Shown: in pieces, positions 1-11,416 of the stretch | Position numbering within the stretch: the first letter of the stretch is position 1 | Layout of the letters: the number at the start of each line of letters is the position of its first letter | Source: Podospora anserina | Lineage: Eukaryota | Assembly (NCBI GenBank): GCA_017654855.1 | Contig: CM030332.1 | Coordinates: forward strand, 1,674,001-1,738,000 | Direction: 5' to 3' | DNA: 64,000 bases | Made by a program: the position numbers and the translations under genes | The notes under the pieces: generated by a model | The model's database searches: none | What the model saw: only the letters and a program-made list of their open reading frames with translations | What the model was told of the DNA's origin: nothing

Positions 1-408
1 GGGGCCAGCAAGACAATCCTCAAAAAAATACACGAGCTCGACAATGCTTGGGAAGCTTCAGGCACAACCTTGACATCTAGGAGGTCCGACTACAGCACAC
101 CATCAGCTGCGACAGCGGGGAGTTGCAGCCAGCTTCAGCTGCCACCTAAAAACCGTGCCCCACCAAACCGCATCACTGGTTGGACTCTGATTTGCTACCA
201 ATCATCTATTCTTGGCGCGTTTATCGCGTCTTGGCTAGCTCCAAGCTAATCTTATCGATAAGAACTCTGACAGGGATCTTGAACATCTTGACGATGACGA
301 AGGTCCAATTGCTTCTCTACAGTTCGGCTTCACCTTTTGCGACAACCAAAATTCTTACCGATTTCGACCCCTTCTTTCCTCACCACTCATACCCTCCTAT
401 CCCTAACC

Positions 409-1041
409 ATGGCCTCCAAACGCCTCCTCACCACCTCGATATCCACCCTTACCCGACTCACCACCCAACCAATATCACGATCAGCACTCCCCCGCCAGCT
501 CCTCAATTCTCAATTACAACCCCTCCGTTTCGCCCACAACATCCCCCGACCACGAGCCAGTCCCATACCATCCACCCCCTCCTCCTCGACCCCATCAACA
601 CCCTCCACAACCCCCCCATCCTCCCCCTCAACCAAGCCACCCCAACCCTCCTACGAGTTAACCTTCACCTGCGTCCCCTGCAACACCCGCTCCCGCCACA
701 CAGTCTCCAAACAAGGCTACCACCACGGCTCCGTCCTCATCGCCTGCCCCGGCTGCAAAAACCGCCACGTCATCTCCGACCACCTCAAGATCTTCGGCGA
801 CAAGGCCCTCACCGTCGAGGACATCCTAAAGTCCAAAGGCGAGCTGGTTAAAAAGGGTACACTGGGCGAGGATGGCGACCTAGAGTTCTGGGAGGATGGC
901 TCCACCACCGTGAGGGATCACGAAGCGCTCGCTAAGGAGGCGGAGGAGAGGGAACGGAGGAAAAAGGAGGCTGAAGAGAGGGAGAGAGAGATGGTGGCGG
1001 GGAGTACGTTTACGAGTGTTAAGTCGGAGGGCAAGGAATAG
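409..1041 (+). CDS. ZIM17: Mitochondrial DNL-type zinc finger protein (Zim17/Hep1/Tim15-like)
   Basis: ATG 409; Arg/Ser/Thr-rich presequence-like N-terminus; FTCVPC...HHGSVLIACPGCKNRHVISDHL is the zf-DNL signature. Confidence 0.9.
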   Translation: MASKRLLTTSISTLTRLTTQPISRSALPRQLLNSQLQPLRFAHNIPRPRASPIPSTPSSSTPSTPSTTPPSSPSTKPPQPSYELTFTCVPCNTRSRHTVSKQGYHHGSVLIACPGCKNRHVISDHLKIFGDKALTVEDILKSKGELVKKGTLGEDGDLEFWEDGSTTVRDHEALAKEAEERERRKKEAEEREREMVAGSTFTSVKSEGKE

Positions 1042-1339
1042 TGGGGAGGGTGGAATAGGGAGGTCTGGACGGGTGGCATGATAAAATGATGTACGATATC
1101 GCTGTATTATATGGGGTGCTTTGGCCGGTTTGATATAGGTGTTGGCATACCCAAAAGTTTGGCATTTTTGTTGGCATTTCAGGGGCTAAACGCAAGACAC
1201 CTCACGACATGTCAACAATAGAAAATTGATGATATATCCGATTAATTTCAAATACATGGTATAAACCCCCCTTTTATCAGCTTTTTATCTACCCTTGAAT
1301 TATTCTCCGCCGACCTCCTTCAATTACTCAGATGACCCC

Positions 1340-4300
1340 CTAATTCCCCTGAAAAGCCCTCCTGGCATCCCTCTGCTCCTGCCCCTTGATCTTCCTCCTC
1401 TCCTTCTTCTTCTCAAACTTCTTCCTCTTCTCCCTCCCATACCTCTCCGGCGCCGCCACCGCCTCGATCCTCCTCTTGCTCAACCTCGCCTGCCTCCTTT
1501 CCCTAATCTGGTCGCCCACCTCCAGCAACGCCTTGGTGTACTCCGCGCTCCCCAGCTTCCTCTGCAACACCTCCATCACCGCCACAGCCTTGCTCTTCAA
1601 AGCCTCATACCTCGTCTTGAAAAGCTCGTTCAACGAGAACGGCGCGCGAATGGACGGGTCAGTCAGGTTCCTTAACGGACGGAGAATGGTCCTGACCGAA
1701 ACCTCGACCGTCTCCTTGGGGGACTTGATGCAGAACGCTTCGAGCAAATCCATCGCCGCAAGCTTGGACACCATCGCTTCGGGCTTGGGCTGGCGTTCTT
1801 TTCTGATGATGGAGCAGAGCTTCCAGAAGAGGTACTTCATGTCTGCCTTGCGGGAGACAGACTTGTCCACTTTGTCTTCTTCTTCGTCTTCGTCTTCCTC
1901 CTCGTCGCTGTCTTCCTGTTCGGTCTTGCCGGACTCGAGGTAACCGCCTAGGAACTGGAGGACTTGGACAATTTCCTGTGAGAGAGTCTCGTCTAGCTCG
2001 ACGACGTTGAGGATGCCGAGAGAAAGGCGCACCAAAGCGGTGACGTCGTCTTCGTCGAGTTCGAGGCCATACGAGCCCTTGAGTGGGAGCTTCGCATCCC
2101 TGCCAGAGGTTTTGGCAAAGTCGGTGAGGTACATGGACAAGAGTTTTGTGGCTGTGAGTTTGACGGTTGTGTTGGAGTGCGCGAGGCAAGTCTGGACTTC
2201 GGTCCACAGCTCGGACGTGCTCGGAGCGAGGGCCTTTTGAGGATGCTTGATAACAAGCGTTTGCAGAGTGTTGAGCGCAGTGTTGGCAAGCTCCCAGTCG
2301 GCCTCCAGAGCGTCGTCATCCCCAAGAACCTGAGTAATTCTGTCAACAACCAGAGCCAGGTCCTTCTTATCGTTGAAATTTGGCTCCCGGCCTTCAAAGT
2401 AGAGACCCCAAGCATGAAGCGCGAGCTTCGAAACAGCAGGCTTGTCATCCTGTTGAATCCATGTCCTCAACAACTGCATAAACTTGGACAACCTTTCCTT
2501 GTCAGCCACCCGGAAAGATTCCTTGAGCAGCTCACCCGCAGAAAGACGGCACTTTTCACTGTCATCGTTGGCCAAGACGAAAATCAACGGAACGAAGCAC
2601 GTGGCCACAACTTCTTGTGCGAACTCATCCACCGATTTCTTGAGCAACAGATTGATAACCTCCATAACAGAGATTCGTCCACCTTCGCGCTCATACTTGA
2701 GATTGGCAACAATGAACTGGAGCTGCTTTTCCCACCTGTTTCTCTTTTGTGGATAGTCTCGGAGGAATTGGAAAAATGCACCGCGCGCGAGATCTCTGGT
2801 GTCCTTGTCAGGGTTGGTGATCATGATAGTGCCGACGTAGTCGAGTGTGTCGTAAACAACAGCCGTTTCCATCTTGCGGTCCAGGACTGACCGCAAGAAG
2901 TTGAAGGTTACATGCCGGTACAAGGGCTCGGTGAGATCATCCTTCAGCTTTCCGAGGAGCATGTCCAGAGCAGCATCCTTGATGACAATCCCCCTCCTGT
3001 CACGCAGGATAACAGAGATGAGCTTCAAAGCTGCTTGCGCCAAGTCAGAGGTGGTGGTAGGCGACATGGATATGGCCTTGGTAGCTTCCTTCAGCGCAAC
3101 TTTGTACAGATTGGCAGAGTCGTCGTTCTTGAAGGGAACCTTGACAATGACAGTGAGTATCTTGAATGCCGCGATCTTGACATCTTCTTCCGCGGAGAGT
3201 ACAGCATCACCAAAGATGGGCAGCAACTTGGCGATATTGGCAGCAGTACGGAGGTGGTCATGCTTTCTGAACACAGTCCGGAGAACATCGATGGCAAACC
3301 TGACAAGCTTGTAGGTGTGCTTAGCCGTGACACCGCCATCGCTCTTCTTCGCAGCCTTCTGCACGATATATCTCTTGAGACGGGGGTCCATCTTAGGTTG
3401 CTCCATGGGCTCGTTAGACTTGTAGACCTCCTGAATGACCTCATAGCAGAAGATCAGGACATCTTGCGAAGCGGCAGCAGGGTTCTCAAGAAGACCCTTG
3501 GTGATACGAGTCAGCAGCTCATCAATCTTGCGGACGGTACGGACGTCCAGCTTCTCCAACAGCAAAGACTGGAGAGGCATAGTCAGATCGCTAAGGCGAC
3601 GGATGGAGGCTGTCTTGGCGACCAACTCCATGGAATCCTGACTCTTGCTGCCCTTGACCTCCTTCATCTTGCCAGTGTAACCTTCGGCATCCTTCTCTTG
3701 ACCTGTGGCACCGAAGATATCGTCCATGATGACAGCCATGATCTGAGGCAGGCAGTAATCGAGATCACCCTGCTCGAAAGCTGGGATAGCGACCAACAAC
3801 AGAGAGTGCATGGTGTAGGACAGGATATGAAGCTGGTTGCCTCTGACGAGAGCACCACGCAACTCCTTCAGAATGAACCCGAACCTGTGAGCACCGAGGA
3901 CACCGGAGATCTTGGCGAGCGTGTCTCTGGCCATATCGCGGGATTCGACAGACTTACTCCTGAGGATATGGCAAATATCAGTCAAGACACCGGGGAGCTT
4001 CTCGTTCAAGAGGTTATCCGGGAGAAGGACGAGCAGCTTGGCAATGATAACGCCCACCGGTACTCTGGAGCTGACCTCCGTCTCATCCTTCTCGTGGATG
4101 TACTTGAGGAGGGGAGGCAGGAAGCTGCCGACAATCTCGGTGCTGAGCTTCTCCTGGTCAGGAAGTGTGCTCGCGAGGCGGCACTTTTGTACCTCTCCAT
4201 CCACCTCCATAGCGTCACTTGACTTCTGGTCAAGGGCAGTGCGGAGGGCGTCCACCTCCCTCTCCAGAAGACGGATGACTCGCTTCTGGGAGTCAGGCTT

Positions 4301-7300
4301 TGACTCCACAAACGAGACGAATCGTCTGAGAATAGCTCTGTATTGTTGCCATTCCAAAGAAAGGGTCAGGCCAGAAACAGTGGTAATGGCCTGCGCGCCG
4401 AGGCCATGATCGTCGCCACCCTCTGGATGACCAAAGATGAAGTGCTCAAAGAGGGGAATGAAAAACTGGCTGATGTGCTTGCTGCGGAGAGGTGTCTTGG
4501 CATTCACCGACTCCAGCAAGCGAAGGGCCTGCAACTGCCTTGCGACAGCCGGACTGAGGACGTGGAAGAAGAAGGCCTGGTCTGAGTCCTCGGACGAAGG
4601 AACCAGGGGCGTCAGATCGGAGACCATCTCCCATTCTGGGAGGCCAGCCACGAGGGCACCAAACACGCGTAGAATCTCGCGTCTCACAGTCTCTGACTCC
4701 TCCTTTGATCCAGCGTAGATGGCTGGAAGCAGGATATCAGAAACCACAGTGATAAAGGCTTGTTGCTGGGCGCTGCCCCAAGCATCCTTGGCTGCCCAGA
4801 TAAACTTGCACAACCCATCGGCAGAGTTTGTCGACAGGACACCAAATTCCTCATCCTGCTGGATGTAGAAGAGCATGTTGTGAAGGAGAGGCATCCATTG
4901 GTCCAGAGTAAAGGGCGTCTCCCGATCTCTGGTGATGGAGTTGAATGCGGTCAACCGGACATTGTAGTCTGGCTCATCCAGACGCCTTGGCTTGTAAGCA
5001 TTGAGATCGCGGCAGGTATCCGCAATCTCTTGTGCCCATGTTTCTGTGGATGCAAACACTGCGAGCACTTCAGCCAAGGTCTGCCTGTTTTGCCTGTCCT
5101 TGAAATAGCCAAACAAAGAGGCCACCGTATGATAGACCTTGCTCTTCAGTTCAGCATTCCCCTGGAAATCTTCCAAAGCCATGAAACCCTTGAGAATCAG
5201 CAGGATTGAACCTTTGATCTTGGGGCTGACCATCCGCGAGGGTTGGTTGAGCAAGAACGTGGAAATCTCCACTATATCCTGGATGCTGGTGGATGTCTTG
5301 ACGATAGGAGAGAGTACAACAACGGTATCAACAGCAGAACCCAAAAGGTCTCTGCTAATATCGCGCTGGTCACGAAGAAGACTGCTGATTTTTCCGAGAA
5401 TGAGGTCGACATTTGGATCTAAGAGCTCAGCTCTTATGAGTTCATTGAACTCTGACTCCTGCGCAGATGCCTGAGCAAGGCCGACAAGGGTCTTGATCAT
5501 TTCAAGCGCGTATATCTTGACATCAGCCTTGGCCTTTTCCATACCAAGCGTCTCCACGACATTGGGCACAATGCGCCCGTCGATGGCCAAAAACATGGCT
5601 GTCTTGGGGAGAGCAGCCCAGGTACCGAGCAGCTTCCAAGTAGCTGATACGCCCTGGGTAGTCTCAACGGCAAGCTTCTCAATCCGAGGACTGATGATTT
5701 CCTTCACCATAATGTCTTGATACGGCGTCCAGTCAAAGCTTTGCTCATTCTGGAAGAGCTTGCAGAGACACTTGAGAGAAATCGTCCTGATAACCTTCAA
5801 GAGCAAAGCATCCTTCACGTTCTCAGTTTCTTCGGTTTCCTCGGACTCTTCCTCCCCTGTCGTAACACCAACCTGCCGGCAGGCGGAGATGAGACAGAGG
5901 AGAATTGCATTGGCAAGGGACTCCACGTATGGGGAGACCGCACCGCCGAGCTCAGTGATGACAGCCTCAAGCATATTGAGCAGACCGACCTGCTTGCGAA
6001 TGGGCAGGATTTCCTGAGAGAAGAGCCGTTCATTCAGCCCCTTGGCATCAACGACACGGATGTTGCGCAGTGGGCCAAGCGCAATGTCCAGGAAGTCGCC
6101 CATGTCGTCCACAGTAAGCTGCCGAATAACTGCCAAACGTGTCGCATGAAGACCGTGCCGGCCACTGCCTGCGCCCTTCTTGGAGATCGTACGGCCGTAC
6201 AAGAGGTGAAGCAGAACAGGCATAACGGCCTCTCGCTCGTTTGGCTGGATCTTGTTGTCGCCTTGGAAAAGGACAGTAAGCTCGTTTTTAAACCTGGCCT
6301 CATCAAGGAGGTACTCCAGATGCTCCTGCTTCTTCTTGACCGCATCATTCTTCCATGCCAAAATGGCCTTCAAGGCAAGCTTTTGCACCTCGATATCACC
6401 ATTTGCCAAGAGCTTCAGAAGTGCCGTATAGACCTTGTCGGCTTGATAAAGCACTCGAGGATTGTTGAACTGTGAAAACACACCAACTAAGGCTTTCCGG
6501 TCAGGAAGCGACCAACTCGCTTCTAACATTTCTTCAGCCTCTTCCTCGGTGTCTTCTTGGTCTTCAGCCGGGGTCTCGCCATCGCTCATGAAAGAAAATA
6601 GATATGGCACTAGGTTTCTTGAGCGTTTCTCAGCCAAGCTCGGGATAGCGTTCAAAGCTTTGAGAGCCATGCTGCGAGCCCTTTGCGAGTGGGGATCAAC
6701 GTTCTTCTGACCCTCCTCGAACTTTTCCATCATGCCCCTGTACGGCTCCTCCAAGGCCTGAGCGATTGGCTCAGCAGTTCTATGCAGGCCTTTCATGTTC
6801 AGGCATTCAAAGTCGGTGAGCGGGAGGCGACGTGGATCCTGGGGCTTGGATGCACCTGACCACCGTTCGGAAGGCTGATCCAACCAGTCAAAGGCCAAAT
6901 CGGCCAAAACTTCCTCGCCATGCTTAGACTCGGCAATTTTTTTCATGGCTTCCACCGAGTCATCCCAAACTGGAGCAAGAGGGACGGTCATCATACCAAA
7001 CAAGAAGGCTGGGATTGCCCGTATGAGCCAGGAAGTTTGATCAAGATGAGCGTAGATTTGTCCCAGTTTTCGAACGTGAACAGCGATCGTTCGTACGTTT
7101 TCCAAAATCAGAGACAGCTCTTCACACTGAAGCATCGTTGCCAAGGCTGAGTTGGAATCAGGGGTTGACTCCAGAATTTCCAGAATTCGCAAGGACGCAA
7201 GCCGGAGTTCATGAGAGGGCGCGGACAAGTTGTTGACGAGAGACTTCACTAATGGGTCTTCCTCCTCCTGCATGCTGTCACTCCCACTGCTGGTTTCTGA

Positions 7301-9254
7301 GCTGCTGCGTCCCTTCGCCTTGATCTCCATCAGATACGCGAGCAGGGCCTCGAGGAATGCCGGAGAGTGGCAGAACCGCGGGGTAGCTGCTCTGAGAAGA
7401 GGAGCCAGACTTGGATCTACCGACCCAGGGGCAGCACACATTCTGAGATAGGCACGGAAGCCATCGCTCATAATGAAGTTGGCCTCATCGGTTGGTAAAG
7501 AGGAGGAGGGCCGTAAGGCGAGCTTTAGCTTCTTAAGCAAAACCTCGGCGATACGTGCATTGGTGGAGGGATGGACTGTCGTAACCTCCAGCACCCGTAA
7601 AAGTGCTGAATATTTTGGCAGACATCTGTCCCTCCACGTCTCCGCATCTTTCCCAAAACCACCACTCTCCGGGAAAGGGGTGTCTTCAAGCCGTACAAAC
7701 TTGTTGACAATCTGATCTTGCCAGGATTGTGGGAGAAGGAAGCCGTCTTTCCCTTTGACCCGCGGCAGGCCCCCATTTTCTACCATATGAGGCAGAAGCA
7801 CGCAGAGCATCTCCTCGTTTGAGTTTCGGGACCAATGGGCGACGACAAATCTATTAAACGGTCAGTATATCAGCCTTCACCAAGTTAATGGGTCATACAC
7901 ACTTTTGAAAGTCTTTCAGGAAGAGCCCTCTGAACCGTTCAGGGTGGAGATCGGCCAGATAGGAGCAAAATGGAATGTACCACCGCATTAATGGCTCCTT
8001 GGTCGTGGTGTTGTTGAGTGTTGACAATGATGGCAGCAAAGCGTCTATTGGTGCTTGCCCCCAAATTATAGCTATCTTGGTGATTAGGCGGTCCCATACT
8101 TGGCGAGGCGAGATGGCCTCAATCCTTTCCTTGACCTCACCCAGCTGCGTGAGCTGTTGTCCCAGAGCTTTTACAAGAGCTGACCAGTCGTGAATCCGGT
8201 TTCCCCTCCGTACACCAGCCGCAACACCTAGGAGCTGCACAAATAACACTGGGCGTGTACCAGCCGTAGCCTCTTGCACTATGCGTGTCTCGATCGTCTT
8301 GAAAGTCTCGATTGTTGTATGGTGAATGATACTGGTAAGCACACCGCAGCAGACATCCGTCCATACTGTTTGCTCAGGAAGGTCAGCTTCCCCTTCTGGC
8401 ACATCCCGCACGATAGCTGCAAAGACCTCCGGGGCAGTCGAATGGACGCCATTGTTGGGAGCCTTGAGCGCCTCGGCAAACATAGTCATGATACCCTGGC
8501 TATAGAGCTCATACTGCCTCGTCCCGGCCACACTCTCCAGATCCTTCCTCACATGCTCCACAAAGAGCGGTAGAGCCTTCTCCTTGTGGCTGGGCGCCGC
8601 CGCTTTCTTCACCAAGAAGCTCATTGCCTCGGCCGCAAACCGAGCAATATGTCCCGGAATCTTCGCCTTGCCCATCAAAGGAGAGACCGCATCGTATGTG
8701 GGTCGGAGGTCAGGAACGACTAGTCTCGAAAGATATTTGAAGAGGAATGCGAGCGACGCAAAGGTCCATTCGATTGCTTCTACATCGTGAACTTTGCTCG
8801 CAAGCTCCACGATCAAGCCGAGAGCGCGGGGGTAGTGTTTCTCGAATCGCACACCGAGATCATGGGCGAACGCAGTGACCAGGTCGAGTAACGGCTCTAA
8901 AGAATCCTTTTGGTGCGTCGAGATGGCCTCGGCCAAGAGGTCCATAATCTTGTCTTCATGATGGAGAATTTGAGCGAGGGAATCGGTATAACGGGTGACT
9001 TTTAGCCTGAAAGACACATAGGTCTTTGACAGGTTGAGTTCGGCCCATCTGTCGAGGCCATTTCTGAGGTAGGAGGTACTCGCTTCGAGATCTTCGGCTT
9101 CGAGGTCATGGCGGCGCACTTTGCGCAACGGATCGAGCGAATGGAGCTTTGAGATTTTGGTACTGAATGATTCCCATCTGTGATTCTTTTCGTGAGGCGT
9201 CCGCTTGACGCCCCTTTGGGACTTAACAATGCGTCCGGAAGTTGTGGACGGCAT
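1340..9254 (-). CDS. UTP20: U3 snoRNP / SSU processome HEAT-repeat protein Utp20 (exons ~9254-7903, 7850-1340)
   Basis: N-terminal HRWESFSTKISKL, WAELNLS, FAHDLG; DRIM-like LHILSYTMH and DDIFG...EKD motifs; ~2600 aa; 52-nt GT..AG intron 7851-7902 joins the two long ORFs in frame. Confidence 0.93.
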
Positions 9255-9348
9255 GGTGGGTGGTGATCTGGGCTGTTGGTGTTTGCGAAGAGAGCCCAAG
9301 AAAGCCTTCAATCGCGAAAACACCACCGCGAAACAGCACCTTGACCTC

Positions 9349-9360
9349 TGGAAATTTTTT
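9349..9360. promoter_or_regulatory. RRPE-like element upstream of UTP20
   Basis: TGGAAATTTTTT about 100 bp upstream of the UTP20 ATG. Confidence 0.4.
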
Positions 9361-9721
9361 GGCAAGGGTCTGGGGCCATTGAAGCTAAGATAAGCCGATA
9401 TGCGGATAAGAGCGGGTTGGTGGGGGCAATAGGACATGTAGCTTTATTGCATAAGTACCGTAGACATTGTTGCCATGTGCATACTGGACAGATGCATATA
9501 CGGTTGTACGCCAATGGGGGCTTAAACACATATCTCGTCTTGTGACATCATGTCCACCACCACCGTAACGAGGACTCCTTGAGAACTAAACGAATTGTTG
9601 GGTGTGCGCAATAAAAATCATCGCATTGGTATCTCCGTCTAGATGAATCAAATCCCCATCCCATTTATCTCCTGCCTACAATCAACTGCTCTCATGAAGC
9701 ATGAAACCAAATACCTCCCAT

Positions 9722-11416
9722 CTAAGTAAAGTTCCACTCCTTGAACGCCTCCCTAAACGCAGCAACGTCCGCCGTCTCCTCCTCCTCAGTCTGCACCACA
9801 TCCTGCCAGAAAGTCCGATTCTCCAGTTTCAGCAACTTCACCATAACCTTGCGCGGATACTGCAGATCAAACCTGATCTCATCTCCAAATTGCATCAACA
9901 AACTCTTGCCAATAACCTTCCCGCCCTCGACCTCATCATCTTCTTCCCCCCAGATCCAAACCCGGAAATAATCCCCTTCCACCTCATCCGTGGTCTCAAA
10001 ATCCTTCACCACAAACTTCCCCAGCTTCATATCCTCGGCCAACACGCGGAACCCAGCCTCCACCAGACCCTTGCTGACAAGCTCAATCGGCACAGGCAAA
10101 AACTGCCAGTGAGCGTGAATATTCCTTGATCGGCTGATTTCCCATGTCACAGCCCCGAGCTTGTGCTTCGAAAGTGTTGATACCATATTCTGAAGTGACT
10201 CCCGGAACCGCTTCATCTCCTGAAACGTGGTCTTGGCCTGCTCGTCCCCTAGCTCGGTCTTGCTAAGCGTCGCTACGTGGTCAACGGGCGTGATGACGAA
10301 GTGACCAGGAAAGTTCAAACCGTGCTCCTTGTAAGTTTCGCTGGTCGTGAGAGGGCCCTTGGCAGTAGCAAGATAGGCAGCCTCGCCGATACACCCAACC
10401 ATGTGTGTTGAGAGATTTGGATTGCACAGGCAAAAAAAGCATTTCTCCGGTCCGGGTGGCGGAGAACGCTCGCGGTGGCGACGGTGACTCTTGCGCTCAT
10501 GTCGCGAGTCTGCATGTGAGAATCTCGAGAATCCGGCATCTTCAGCAGACCGCTTCGTGGTGGCAGGCTTGTAGAAGGGGGTCATTGTGCTCCCGGCGGG
10601 TGGTGTGATAATGGCATCTCTGTTGAGGGTAAAGGCGTACATCGACTTGGCCTTGGCAGTATTTCCCCACGGTGCCAACGAGATAAAGCGTGTGAGTTGA
10701 ATACCCTTGTCCTGTTCCTCCTCTGCCTTCTCAGGAAAGAAAGGCTCTCTCTCGAAGCAAAAGTCATCTGGTGACATGGACAGGTGATACTTGGGCTTGA
10801 GGGCGGCGCAGAGTTCCGCAACCGCTGGGTTGGAAGGGGCTGTGGTGCTGTTGATGCTCATCTCCTTAGCCTTTGAGCTATTCTTCCAGACATCGGATGG
10901 CCAAGTTGTTGTTAGGAGAATGTCTGCACTGTTAGCTCCTCGGAGACTCTTTGCATCGCCTTCGGTGTGAAACGGTGAGATCTGTTCCTTAGACAGACCA
11001 GCAATAATGTTCGAGTCAAGTAAGCCTCCGAGTGTGACTATCCGGACACCTTCAGATGTCTTTGTGGTTGAGCGCTTCCCGAGGTAATGAAGATTAGGGG
11101 CAATTTCCTCGTCTTTCTCGATTCTCTCGACCACACGTGGGGGAAGAGGAACAGTGCCAACTGTGAAGTACGTTGGGCAAGGGATTTGAATCTGCCCATC
11201 CAAGATCTGTGTGAGCTGCTCATCATCCTGTTCGCTACTGAACAGGTTGCCCGTCACGATGGCAAAACTGAAGGCGTTTTTCGCATGGAGTGTAGCTAGT
11301 TTGCTGAAGGCTGGTTGGAGTTGACCGTTAATGCTGCCGAACACGAAGCTGATTTGGTCAGTTGATGTGGCGTCGCTGAATTGAAGGGTACTGGGAACTG
11401 ACATTTTGGCAGCCAT
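9722..11416 (-). CDS. CWF19L1: CWF19-like protein 1 (Drn1/CwfJ-domain, debranching-enzyme associated); intron 11349-11402
   Basis: Degenerate metallophosphoesterase N-domain (DILLTTTWP, LKPKYH, FEREPF, TRFISLA) plus CwfJ C-domain (CFFCLCNP, AKGPL, HAHWQ, FDLQYPR). Confidence 0.88.
   Translation of the reverse strand: MAAKMSVPSTLQFSDATSTDQISFVFGSINGQLQPAFSKLATLHAKNAFSFAIVTGNLFSSEQDDEQLTQILDGQIQIPCPTYFTVGTVPLPPRVVERIEKDEEIAPNLHYLGKRSTTKTSEGVRIVTLGGLLDSNIIAGLSKEQISPFHTEGDAKSLRGANSADILLTTTWPSDVWKNSSKAKEMSINSTTAPSNPAVAELCAALKPKYHLSMSPDDFCFEREPFFPEKAEEEQDKGIQLTRFISLAPWGNTAKAKSMYAFTLNRDAIITPPAGSTMTPFYKPATTKRSAEDAGFSRFSHADSRHERKSHRRHRERSPPPGPEKCFFCLCNPNLSTHMVGCIGEAAYLATAKGPLTTSETYKEHGLNFPGHFVITPVDHVATLSKTELGDEQAKTTFQEMKRFRESLQNMVSTLSKHKLGAVTWEISRSRNIHAHWQFLPVPIELVSKGLVEAGFRVLAEDMKLGKFVVKDFETTDEVEGDYFRVWIWGEEDDEVEGGKVIGKSLLMQFGDEIRFDLQYPRKVMVKLLKLENRTFWQDVVQTEEEETADVAAFREAFKEWNFT

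Noticed and set aside
1295..9229. Many long ORFs antisense or off-frame to UTP20 (e.g. 2912-4222, 436 aa)
   Set aside because: Shadow ORFs from codon bias of the real gene; no recognisable motifs
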